This document shows, in pieces, positions 34,601-47,961 of a DNA stretch of 64,000 nt; position 1 is the stretch's first letter; every line of letters starts with the position of its first letter. The notes under the pieces were generated by a model, which made no database searches, was not told the origin of the DNA, and saw only the letters and a list, made by a program, of their open reading frames with translations. The translations under genes were made by a program, and so were the position numbers. Origin of the DNA: Octopus bimaculoides (lineage: Eukaryota); the NCBI RefSeq assembly GCF_001194135.2, contig NC_068997.1:49876639-49940638 (forward strand), in the 5' to 3' direction.

Positions 34601-35522
34601 ATCAGTCGGTTCGGTCAGAGGTGACTTGGGGCTTAATCTACAGCAGTGACTCTAAACGGGGGTCCAAACGACGACCCTTGTGTGTGGGGGGGTCCATATT
34701 AGACTTTGTTGTTAAAATTCATCTGCAAAAGATTGATTATGCTTCTTACTGTACACAAAATATTTTAACGATTTTTTTATACAATTCCCGATAATATTTA
34801 ATTATGAAAAATGTAATTAGATTTTTAAAACATTGAATAGTTTATGAAAGTCCACCAGAGTAAAATTGTCTGCCTGCAAATAAAGACGAGTTGGTCATGA
34901 CTTAAGGAGCGCCGAGCGAACGTTCCGTTTATTCAACTCATCCGCGCGTGCTGCCTTTAGTCTACCGAAGCCGTGACGACCGCGTTCCTTCTCCTCCTTC
35001 CTCTCCTTCACCTCTTCCCTTTCCTCTTCCTTAACAACAATAACAACAGCAACCACACTTCAACTGTAATACAAACTCTTTCACCACCATCGCCATCACC
35101 ATCGCAGTAGTCATGACACGGCAGACAACAGCAACAACAATACTAACGTGATGTGCAACAAAACTAACACTTCCTCTATATCGGCCGCCGCTGCTGCCTC
35201 CACCACCGTCACCACCGCCACCACCAACACCACTACCACCACCTCCACCGCCACCGTCATCAAGACCACCACTACAAACAACAACACCAACATCAGTGAA
35301 CTACGAATGGCCGAGTCAGTCGGATACCGAAGGATCGGTGGTTCGTTCCCAGTTACATTTAGTTTAATGTATCCATGGCCGACACACTCACTCCCTCTGG
35401 TTGTAAGTAAATTTTGTATTTCACTTCGTTGTCTCATTGTTTTCAAACATGCTCAGGTTGCCGGATCGAATCGAGTCTTGTCTGAAATCTTGTACCTCAC
35501 TCAATCGTACCTTTCCCCTCAC

Positions 35523-35573
<51 letters not shown>

Positions 35574-35844
35574 TGCTTCCACTTCTGTTATCAAAGAAAA
35601 AAAATAATATATATATAAAACAATGAAGGAACTGTTGTGTACCTTATGGCTGTGTCTTTTATTATAGCCCCAGGTCGGCCATTTACCTTGTGAGTGGATT
35701 TGGTAGACGGAAACTGTGGAAGCCCATCATGTATGTATGTATATACGTCCGTATGTGTATGTATACACACACATACATACATACATGTATGTATGTAATA
35801 TACCTACACAAGTCTGACCACCTCGACTTTGTTTCCTCATCACT

Positions 35845-35893
<49 letters not shown>

Positions 35894-37998
35894 NNNNNNN
35901 NNNNNNNNNNNNNNNNNNNNNNNNNNNNNNNNNNNNNNNNNNNNNNNNNNNNNNNNNNNNNNNNNNNNNNNNNNNNNNNNNNNNNNNNNNNNNNNNNNNN
36001 NNNNNNNNNNNNNNNNNNNNNNNNNNNNNNNNNNNNNNNNNNNNNNNNNNNNNNNNNNNNNNNNNNNNNNNNNNNNNNNNNNNNNNNNNNNNNNNNNNNN
36101 NNNNNNNNNNNNNNNNNNNNNNNNNNNNNNNNNNNNNNNNNNNNNNNNNNNNNNNNNNNNNNNNNNNNNCAGAAAATAAAAGAACTTGATGCTCTCATTG
36201 TCGGCAGCCAACGTCAATAAATTCTTCGATGATGATCGAAATGATGAAGGCTTCCCATATTTGTCACAGGGGAACATCATAAGGACTTTTACAAGTTGTG
36301 CGTGGGGTTTACATAAAAGATGAGGGGAAGAACGGGACAGGAGGGCAGGGAGATGAGATTAAAGGTATGATACAAAGTGTACAAAATATATGAACATATG
36401 GATGATACAGGAGAACCTCCAACTAGAGCCCAATCAAAGAACCTCACAAATCTAGGATTATCCTGGCCACCAAGGGCTCTAGCTCTCACCCCAATTGGTG
36501 TTCTAGGTCTAGAATCTTTTTCGTTTTCTCCCAGCCATAAATTTTAATCTGGAAATTTTCAGACAATGTTCTTTCGATAGAGTTTTGCACGCTGATGACG
36601 CATATCGCATTTATTATTTTGGAAAATTTATAATAAAGTTAAAAGCATTTTTTTTTTAAAGGAAAGTGAGGGTAGAGGGTAGCTTTGACAAAAACATTGA
36701 CGCGCAAGGTTTGAAATTTTGCCGAGGAAGAGGGGGGGGGTCAGTCGATGCCCTTCGACTCCAGTACTTGACCGGTTACTTTTTATTATATTGTCCCCGA
36801 AAGAAAAGAAAAAAAGCTAAGTTGACCTCGGTGGGATTTGAACTCGGGTCGTAAAGAGCCGGAGCAAATAAGGCGGTACAACCGCAATCATCATCATCAT
36901 CATCAACACCACCACCATCGTTATCATTATCACTGTTGTCGTCGCGGCTATCATCGTCATCATCATCATCATCATCGCTGTTGTCGTCATGATCGTGGTT
37001 TTGATCATCATCATCATCATCATCATCAACAACAACCACAGTCACCACCATCACAACAACAGCCACACGTTAACGAATCTTGAAGGAAATTTGACTGTTT
37101 CGATTTGACGCTACTTTTTCTAAAAACAAAAACACACAAAAACAACCAACCCAAAAGTATAAAGAAAAAAAAACACAAACAAACAAAAGCGTTCCTTTCT
37201 TTGCTATTCAGTCACACACACACATGTGTGTATGTGTGGATATGAAAACCCGATCCCTCGTCCTCGTTAAACCCACGGCCGACCTCGACTGATTAGGATT
37301 GCGCCCCCTTTTTTTTACCGTTCTTTTCTCTTTTCTTTTATATTTTTTGTTGTTTTTGCACCTTTTCGTTTTCATTTTGAAAACTCCCTAGGCCTTCCTC
37401 CTCCCCTTTCCGGTTTTTTTTTACCTGTACTTCGGCGATCGACCTCGTAGCCCATACCTGTACGATTTTACTAACAATAACAAAAACAACAATAATAATA
37501 ATAATCGTTTATTTATTTGCCTCAAGAGTGACGGATTTAATAACAATAACAATATTTTACCANNNNNNNNNNTTACGCGCGGGGGTGGGGTCGGTCGGTG
37601 GGTGGGAGTTGTTGAAATCCAGTGTGACTCTGATCTAGTACACTTATTTTATGATCAGAGACATTCCAATCATGACCATCCCATCTTGCCCCCACCCCAC
37701 CCCAACCTTGTTATAATATATGAAAAACGTACCTTAATGTTTCTTTAATTTTTTTTTTTTTCTTTAAAATAACAGCAGTATAAAATGAGGGTGATCTGGC
37801 TGCTATTTTTATCAGGCCTAACACCCTTATATAAGGCTGGCAACAAACATTATTTACATTTGACAGATATTTGTCCTCATCTTGTTTGTTGTTAACACAA
37901 CATTTCAGCTGATGTATTCTCCAGCCTTCATCAGGTGTCTTGGGGAAATTTCGAACCTGGGTTTTCATCCCTAAGGTATTTTTCCGATATTATTATTA

Positions 37999-38032
<34 letters not shown>

Positions 38033-41000
38033 AGCAGCAAGCTGGCAGAGTGGTTAGCATGCCAGGCAAAATGCTTAGCGGCATTTCATCCATCTTTACA
38101 TTCCGAGTTCAAATTCTGCCTTTCATCCATTCGTGGTCGATGAAGTAAACATCAGTGAAACTCTGGGGTCGATGTAATCAACTTTATATTATATAATAAT
38201 AATAATAATCCGAACGTAAAGACTGATGAAATGCCGCTAAGCATTTCACCCAACGTGCTAACGTTTCTTATTTCTTTATTGCCCACAAGGAGCTAAACAT
38301 TGAGGGGACAAACAAGGACAGACAAAGGGGTTAAGTCGATTACATCGACCTCAGTGCGTAACTGGTACTTATTTAATCGACCCTGAAAGGATGAAAGGCA
38401 AAGTCGACCTTGGCAGAATTTGAACTCAGAACGTAACAGCAGACGTTTCTGCCAGCTCGCAGCTTTTGAAACCATAAAATAATGCATGATTAATTCGAAA
38501 CATTGTGAATAAATAAGCATTGCATTCGACAATAGTTTGAATGCTAAAGGGTTAAATCTACACTGTCACCGTTTTATGATTTTAAACACAGCTCATAGAC
38601 CCTGACCCCAGAGCTATATTAACGTTGAAGGCCTCCAAGGGTTTGCAGGTCCCCATGTTAGGAACTGCTGATATTGAGGTTTCCATGACAGGAACATTAT
38701 CAAATTGTTAATGTTTTTTCTTTTTTGTTATGTGCTACTGTTTTGACAGTTGCCAGTGTTTGTATTGTTATTTTTCTTGTTATTTTCTTTTGCATGTAAC
38801 CACATGTTGCTGTGCAGAATTACCCCCAAATTAACCTCAAGTTCCCCAGTTTGGATGTGGGAGATGCTAAAGCCGACACACCATCTCAGGCACCGTCTTT
38901 GTTCATTACCGATATTCAGCAGCTGATACTTAATGCCGTCCTTAAAGGAGACGCTTGCATGAAGCCAAGGTAAATATAAACACTTCCCTTTGGTAAACAT
39001 AACATTTTATTTTGCTTCTGGTTGGACAGATAGTTGTTCGCTGAGCACATCTTCACCCTTTTCTCACCATATTTCTGTTGATTCTAAATGGCCATCCTTA
39101 GAGATATTTGCATGAAACTTAGGCAAATATAACCTTTGGTTAGATATTTGGTTCTGCAAGCATGGCTGGTACCTGTAATTCATTCTTGGGTTACTATACT
39201 GCTATTGAAATTCGCTGTCTTCGCTTCAGTGAGTTTACAGTTAATTTTCAAAATAAACTTTTCTACTCTAGGCACAAGGCCCAAAATTTTGGGTTCAGAT
39301 TCTGCCAAGGCTGACTTTGCTTTTCATCCTTTCGGAGGTCAATGAAATAAGTACCAGTTACACACTGGGGTTGATGTAATCAACTTATCCCCCTCCCCAA
39401 AACATCTCAGGCCTTGTGCATATAGTAGAAAGGATTATTATTGTTGTTGTTATTACCTCCACCTTCACTAAGGTGGAGGTATTGTTTTTAGTCACATTTG
39501 TTTGTCTGCCCGTGGACAAGATATCTCAAGAACTGCTGAATGGATTCAGATGAAACTTTCAGGGATGTTTGGCCCCATGACTGGCGCGAACTGATTAGAT
39601 TTTGGGATTGATCCAGTACCGGACAAGGATTCTGGATTATATTTCCTGTGTTTTTACTCAATTTTTGTGACCGGCCAGGTTCATTTTTAGTATTGTCATT
39701 TGTGAGAGCAGTGGAGTTTATTTCAGATTTTCTCATTTAAAAAAATCTTCTCTGGCTAATTGTTGAGAGGACGTTGGTGTTGTCTTGGCAGAGGTTTGCA
39801 CTCTATGAGTGTTCTTGTTATTAATAGATTCCTCTGTTATATTTCCAGGTGGTGTGAACTGAAATACAGCCAATTGATCTCTTCCACTTTTGTCATAGTT
39901 TTGAAATCTGTCAGCATCAAAGACTTCAAGAAATATCACAGCTGTTTCCCAAATGTGTGCAGAGATTTCAATAAGGTTTGTTGTTTATTGTTGTTTAGCC
40001 CTGACCAAATTGGCCCTGACTTTTGCAGACCATTAAATGAAGAGCATTCTCCCCGTGACCATTCTGCCTTTGTTTTAAGCTGTTCTTTCTAGGAGGTCAA
40101 ACAACCACAGAGAGGGCCATCCTTCATTGTTTGCTGTTAGTAACTACAATACCTTAATTTCTTTTGCCTTTAGTACCTTCAATCTGGTAGTAATACCACC
40201 ACCACCATTTGACTTGTGGGTGACTTTCATGGAGCCTACTTCCCTGCAGGCATTTAAGCCAGGTTTCCAGGCTGAGAATAACTTACTTTCTTTCAGTCTC
40301 AGAGACTCAGAAAACATTACGAGCAATGCCCTTCTAAAAAAAGCCCTATACAATCCTACCCATTACCAAAATGTGATCTTCTTCTTCTTACTACTACTAC
40401 TACTACTACTACAACAACAAACATTTATGTGAATCTGTATATGTTGGAAAATTTTTTAAATTTTTTAACAAGTGAGTGATGTATAGAGGGATTAGACCAA
40501 ATCCTTCATGTGACCCACACTGCCAACACCACACTTCTTCTTCTTCTTCTTCTAAATAAAATGACAAAGGATTAAGGGATTATGTTGTGAACACCATTAG
40601 CTTGCATCTGTTTCTGCTATAAGATGCAATGCACTCATAATTGAACTCTTGTGTATTACCCTGTAGCTTTGTCAGAGCTTCAAACAGGAAGAGCAATTCT
40701 CTGCAGCTATAGGGTGCTGCATATATTGAGTTCTAACCCCAGGTTATTAGTATCACTAAGCCTTGTTTGTCCCCTCTATGTTTAGCCCCCTGTGGGTGAT
40801 AAAGAAATAAATATATCGGTTTCTAACATTAGCATGCAAGGCGAAATGCTTAGCAGTATTTCGTCAGTCTTTACGTTCTGAGTTCAAATTCCGCCGAGGT
40901 CAACTTTGCCTTTCATTCTTTCGGGGATCGAGTAAATAAGTACCAGTTATGCACTGGGGTCGATGTAATCGACTTAATCCATTTGTCAGTCCTTGTTTGT

Positions 41001-44000
41001 CCTCTCTATGTTTAGCCCTCCACCTGTGGGCTATAAAGAAATAAATATTTTTAAAGTGTCTGGTTCAGATGTCTTCTTTGTGGATTTCTTTCAGGCTACA
41101 GAAGTGATAAGTTCAGCTCAGTTTGGAATTAGCACAGAGTGTGAATTCTTCAAGGTCCAAATAAACAGCATTCAACTCTTCAAGTATGGCAGTACGTGTC
41201 AACCATGTTTCTCATTTTTTTTTTTTTTTTTGCTGTCTTTTCCATGTAATTAATGTTTCAATTGTTTTTTTTGTTTTTTTAAATGGCTGTGAGGTTAAGG
41301 TTGTGGACTACTGGTACCAGTATTGTAAGTTCAAACCTTACTGTTGCTACATTTATTGTTCAGAGTGGGCCAAAAGCCATGCACCAAATAATAGTTTCAA
41401 TACACTCTGGAATTGTCAAAGACATGCTTCGGTTTTTGTATAATTGGTTAAAATAAATAAGATAAAGATGAATACACACATACTTGTCAAACTGTCCAAC
41501 CCATGCCAGCATGGAAAGCAGGCGTTAGTGGTGATCCATATTAGTCTGGCCTCTGTCCTTTGATCTGTCCAGTCACAACAAGGACTGGACCTTGTGGTGG
41601 ATACGGTGGCCCTTAACATAAGATATATTGTTTGCTTAGGATGCAGAATGACTGAATGGCCAAGAAGATCACCTCACTTCACAATCACGAGATCTTGAGT
41701 TTGATCACACACACACACACAGACTCACGCACACATTGCATCATCATCATCATTGTTTTAACATCCACTTTTCCATGCTTTCATGGGTCGAATGGAATTT
41801 AATGAACTTGTCGAGGCAGATTTTTCTACAGCGCTTCTGTGCCCCTACCTGTCGCCAACTCTCACCTGTTTCCAAGTAAGGTAATATTTCCCCAAGGATG
41901 GACATGTTATTTCATAGAAGACTGGAAACAAACAGGATTGCTTGTACGATGACGATGACGACGACTTGTAAAAGTCAAAAAATATGTACTTTACTAAAAA
42001 TTAATGAATGATCTTTCAGTTTTATGTTAAATTATTCTTATAAATAAATTAACATAAAAACGAGCATCAACCCTTTAGCATTCAAATCAGCCATATCTGG
42101 CCCAAATATTGTACCTGTTTTATGGTCAAACTGACCAGATCTGGCCTCTCACACCTACCCTACAATGTCATTCTAAAAATAAACAATGACATCATTGAAA
42201 TCTCAAAGCTGCAAGATAATACATGATTAATTTTTAAAAATGTGAATAGATAAGCATTAAACTTGACATTAATGTGAATGCTAAAAGGTTAATATGTGTG
42301 TATGTATATATATCCTTTTATTTTCTCTTGAACAACATGTTGGTTTTGGCTATCCAGGAGTACTGCCATATATATATATCTCTCTCTCTCTCATTGCTAT
42401 TATGTTAAACTGTAGTATGTCCAAATTTGGCCAAATGTGTTTGTTTTAATATTTATTTTTCTTTGCAATAGCCGGTTCTTTTGGTCAAACTATCATATCT
42501 CCAGCTGGTTTCAGATGCCAAGATATCAAAAGTTGTCAAAGTGTAGTAGAACAACGGTTTTGCTATGGAATGGTGAAACTATTTTTTTCGTTTTCTGAAA
42601 AAGCAACGTTTTGGACTTAGGACACTTTTGCATAATAGCAACGATATACATATTCGAAATAATTTAATCATTTATTATGAAATATGTTTTAACTGAAAGT
42701 AAAAACGAAATTTTTTTTTTTTTTTCACATTTACAGCAAAAAAACACCAAAAGAATCTGTTTGAGAAAGNNNNNNNNNNNNNNNNNNNNNNNNNNNNNNN
42801 NNNNNNNNNNNNNNNNNNNNNNNNNNNNNNNNNNNNNNNNNNNNNNNNNNNNNNNNNNNNNNNNNNNNNNNNNNNNNNNNNNNNNNNNNNNNNNNNNNNN
42901 NNNNNNNNNNNNTTCTACAAATGGCAAGAGAAAACTACCCCTTGCCAATCAAAAGCAAATGGGGTATGTATTAATTTTATTATTTCTAGTCGTTGTTAAG
43001 CCGGTAGGCTCGTTAGCACATCAGACGAAATGCCTAATGACTTTTCTTTCAGTTCTTTATGCTTTGCGTTCAAATTCTGCTGGGGTTGACCTTTTCTTTT
43101 ATTCTTTCGGGGTTGATAAAGTATCAGTCAAGTACCAGGGTCCATGTAAGTGACTTGCCCGCTTCTCCTAATGCTGTTGGCCTTTTGCCAAAATTTGAAA
43201 CCATTATTATAATTATTTAGACAGTGAGCTTGCAGAAACATTAGCGCATCAGATACAGTGCTTAACAGAACTGTATGGTTGAGAAGTTTGTTTTGCAATT
43301 CAGAATCTTGTTATTTTAAGTTCTCTCTCTGCTTCAGTAGAATTTTGTTGAGATAGTCTAGAGCAGGGGTTGGTGAACCGGGGTAAATTACCCCAAGTGG
43401 GTATAAATGAAATTCCTGGTGCTAATGAGAATTCATTAGACATAAGTAAAATTATATAAGAAATATGTTCCTTGTCATGACAGAATTTTTTCTTCTGGCA
43501 ACACTGCATCTGTCCAATGTAATGGACATGTTTAGGAGACTATTTTTTGCAATACATTTTGAATTCAAAGAATCTATGACTTTCTTCCTTTCAAATCAAG
43601 AGAGTAACGCTGGCATAAATAAATACATTCTGGGGTAACTGGTTAGAAAAGTTTGCCAACCCCTGGTCTAGTGTTTGTAATCATCATCATCCATTCATGC
43701 TGCTTGTATGGATTCCAGTAACTCTGTCACCACCACCACTACCATCATCAACACCATTTGATGTCCATTTTCCATGCTGGCATGAGTTGGACTAATGGTA
43801 TGAGTTCTATTATTCATAGTTGAAGTGGAAGCTTATGGATGCATTTCAGTTACTCTCTTGATAAGAGTTTGGTGATCCAAGCTGTTGATCTGGAATTTCT
43901 CTGCTCAGCATCAGTGTAAGATGTGTTCTTCTGCTGCCTCTTCACAGTCTGCCATACTGCAGTCCCACAACTTTGCCATACCTCTGGCAGGGTGGCTGAA

Positions 44001-45637
44001 TGAGTACTTTGCCTTACCAAAGGGCAGCTTGTAATTATGCAGGGCTCAATCGTCACTCCATGTTTCCAGTACCCCCTCCATACCCATAATAGTCTGTAAT
44101 GTATAACATATTTTCTATCTTTAGTTAACCTGTTCGTTACTGTATTTATTTTGAGATGCTCTGTGTTTCTCTCAATTACTTTAATTATAACAAAGAATTT
44201 AGTAAAATAACTTAGTTATCATTAAGCTAGTGTTAGGAACATAAATTGTGACTAAGGTTTGATGGAAGATTTTAATTCAAAACTTATGAAAGCAAGACAT
44301 TTGTACTCAGAGCCAGAGGTGGTTTCAGCCGGATTGGTAACGAAAGAGTTAAGAATGAATGTTATAGAATTTCAATCTATTCTTTTTTTGCTTTAAATGT
44401 TTGTTTATTTGATTCTGAGGAATGGTATTTCCTTCTAATTCTTTAGGCTTTTACGATGATTATATTTTTTCCAAAGAAAGCTATGAAAAAGTTACAGATA
44501 AAAGCCCCATATTTGGTCTGGACTGTGAAATGGTGAGTATTTACAGCAACAACATTATTATTTGGATTTGGTTACTAAATGAAAGCTGCCGACATAAATG
44601 TCATTTCATTCTCTTCTGGAACAGCTTGTTTTTGTATTTGTATCATATTGTGTATGTGCATCGTGCTGTGTGTGTGTGTGTGAGTTTGTGTTCATTTCAT
44701 GCTGTGTGTGTGTGTGTGTGTGTTTGTATCATGTTGTGTGTATGTGTGTATCGTGTTGTGTGTGTGTTTGTGTTCATATTATGCTGTGTGTGTGGCTGTT
44801 TGTATTGTGTTGTGTGTTTGTATCATGCTGTGTGTGTGTTTGTATCATGTGTATGTTTGTGTTTGTATCATGCTGTGTGTGTGAGTGTGTTTTCTTTGTA
44901 GGGTCAGGTATGGCTGTGTGGTAAGAAAGTTGCTTCCCAGCCACATGGTTTTAGGTTCAGTTCTACTGCATGACACCTTGGTGAAGTGTCTTCTGTTATA
45001 GCCCCAGACCGACCAAAGCCTTGTGAGTGGATTTAGTAGATGGAAACTGAAAGAAGCCCGTGCATGTATGTGTGGGTCATTGTGTCTGTGAATTGACTGG
45101 ATATAATTCTTTCTCCTTTCAAGAAGTTTGTATGTGTTATTTTTTTATTTCTAAAAACAAATCTTAATTTCAATAGATTTTTATCTGCAAATGTAGTTCC
45201 CTCTATAGGTTAATTTGATCTTGCTGATAAAAGGCTGGATATTGCCTGATGAAATGGTGTGGTTATGCAATAATATAAAATTATATCATAATATTTTGCA
45301 TTGTTGAATAAACAACCAGACTATTGAAATGCATGTAACTTTGCTTTGAGCTGCCCATTATATATATCTTTGTAATTATGTACATGTAAATAATTAAATG
45401 TCTTGTTCAATTTTCAGTGTAAAACCTCTGATGGTGTCTACTCTTTAACGCGTGTCTCCTTAGTTAATGAGAAACTAGAAACTGTCTATGACACTCTCGT
45501 AAAACCAAAACATAAAATCATTGATTATCTCTTTCGGTAAGGCAAACGAAATGAAACCAACAAGGTTTTTCTTGATTTTATACTTTGTTGAAGATTGCTG
45601 TTTCCAGCTTTGTGTTTTTCTCATGTTTTTTTAATTT

Positions 45638-45668
<31 letters not shown>

Positions 45669-47922
45669 CCACATATATGTATGTGCATATCATCATCATC
45701 ATCATTTAACATCCGTTGTCCATGCTGGCATGGGTTGGACAGTTTGACCAGGGCTGGTAAGCTGAGGTGCTGCACCAGACCCCCGTCTGATTTGGCATGG
45801 TTTCTAAAGCTGGATGTCCCTTCCTAATGCCAACCATTCTGAGAGTGTAGTGGGTGCTCTTATGGATATATATGTATGTGTATATATATGTGTGTGAATA
45901 TGTATATGTGTGTGTGTGTGTGAATATGTATATATATATATAATCATGTAGAGAATGGAGAAACAAACACAGAAAAAAGCAGGTCAATTGCACTAGTTAA
46001 CCATTAATTTAATCAATTAATTGATTAATTTAATGGCTAACTAGCGCAATCGACTTCCTTCTTCCTGTGTTTGTTTCTCCATTCTCCACTTGATTATGAT
46101 TATAAACTGCGGTTTAACCGATAAATTACCTGCCTCTGGATACCTTCTAACAAAGACGGTACCCACACAGGTAATCTCCAGGAGCGCCTTCGGACTTAAT
46201 TATCCCCTGGTTGCTTGAACACTTCTAGCCTATCACTTGAATGTTTAAACAATCCTAACTTATACCTATATATATCATCATCATCATCATCATCGTTTAA
46301 CGTCCGCTTTCCATGCTAGCATGGGTTGGACGATTTGACTGAGGACTGGTGAAACCGGATGGCAACACCAGGCTCCAATCTAATTTGGCAGAGTTTCTAC
46401 AGCTGGATGCCNNNNNNNNNNNNNNNNNNNNNNNNNNNNNNNNNNNNNNNNNNNNNNNNNNNNNNNNNNNNNNNNNNNNNNNNNNNNNNNNNNNNNNNNN
46501 NNNNNNNNNNNNNNNNNNNNNNNNNNNNNNNNNNNNNNNNNNNNNNNNNNNNNNNNNNNNNNNNNNNNNNNNNNNNNNNNNNNNNNNNNNNNNNNNNNNN
46601 NNNNNNNNNNNNNNNNNNNNNNNNNNNNNNNNNNNNNNNNNNNNNNNNNNNNNNNNNNNNNNNNNNNNNNNNNNNNNNNNNNNNNNNNNNNNNNNNNNNN
46701 NNNNNNNNNNNNNNNNNNNNNNNNNNNNNNNNNNNNNNNNNNNNNNNNNNNNNNNNNNNNNNNNNNNNNNNNNNNNNNNNNNNNNNNNNNNNNNNNNNNN
46801 NNNNNNNNNNNNNNNNNNNNNNNNNNNNNNNNNNNNNNNNNNNNNNNNNNNNNNNNNNNNNNNNNNNNNNNNNNNNNNNNNNNNNNNNNNNNNNNNNNNN
46901 NNNNNNNNNNNNNNNNNNNNNNNNNNNNNNNNNNNNNNNNNNNNNNNNNNNNNNNNNGAATCAATGAAGAGATGATGAGACCGGTATGTACTACATTGAA
47001 AGATGTTCAGAACAAGTTCCGGGCTCTTCTTCCTAAAGATGCCATCTTGTGTGGTCACTCTCTTAACTTCGACTTGGACAGCTTAAAGGTGACACTTCTT
47101 TCTTAATATTTTTTTTTGTTTTCTCTTTTTTAATACAGTTCTATATTTATGAGATGAGGAATTATGTACATTATTTACATTATTTACATTTGATGGATAT
47201 TTGTTCTCACTGTTATACACTGTTATACAAGCAGTGTCATCCATCATCATCATCATCGTTTAACGTCTGCTTTCCATGCTAGCATGGGTCGGACGATTTG
47301 ACTGATGACTGGTGAACCAGATGGCTACACCAGGCTCCAATCTGATGTGGCAGAGTTTCTACAGCTAGATGCCCTTACTAACGCCAACCACTCCGAGAGT
47401 GTAGTGGGTGCTTTTACGTGCCACCCGCACGAAGGCCAGTCAGGCGGTACTGGCAACGGCCACGCTTAAAATGGTGTATTTTATGTGCCACCCACACAAG
47501 AGCCAGTCCGGCATTCCAGTATTCAGTGAGAATATTGTCTGGCCATGGGGAAATATTACCTTACTCGAAAACAGGTGAGGGTTTGTGACAGGAAGGGCAT
47601 CTAACTGTAGAAAATCTGCCTCAGTAAATTCTATCTAACCCAGCCATGCAAGCATGGAAATGTAGACTTTAGATGACGATGATGATTATTGGACAGCTTG
47701 ATAAACCTTTCCTTGCACCATTTTGGCTGATTGTGAAACCCCAATCTTGAAAGTCCGTTTCCATTTGTTTTCAACCACAGATGTTTCACCCTTACGTCAT
47801 TGACACCAGCACAATTTACAATCTCTCTGGATTCAAATATCAAAAGAGCAAACTGAAGAAGCTGACCGAATATTTCCTTGGGTAAGGTCCTTCTCCACCA
47901 TTTCAAGAACCAACATAATTAT

Positions 47923-47961
<39 letters not shown>

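Noticed and set aside
34895-35070. Minus-strand peptide KEEEREEVKERKEEKERGRHGFGRLK..., resembling a neuropeptide precursor
   Set aside because: No Met or signal peptide, a stop lies just upstream in frame, and the acidic/basic run is a purine-tract by-product.
36170-36560. Non-repetitive island in REXO5 intron 1 as an extra exon
   Set aside because: Every frame on both strands is broken by stops or lacks usable splice sites; no recognisable motif.
1339-47058. Many long ORFs in the track filled with X (e.g. 1339-2427, 5316-6258, 8792-9661, 12629-13424, 30742-31566, 46297-47058)
   Set aside because: They are open only because N-runs translate without stops; the flanks are SINE or microsatellite sequence.
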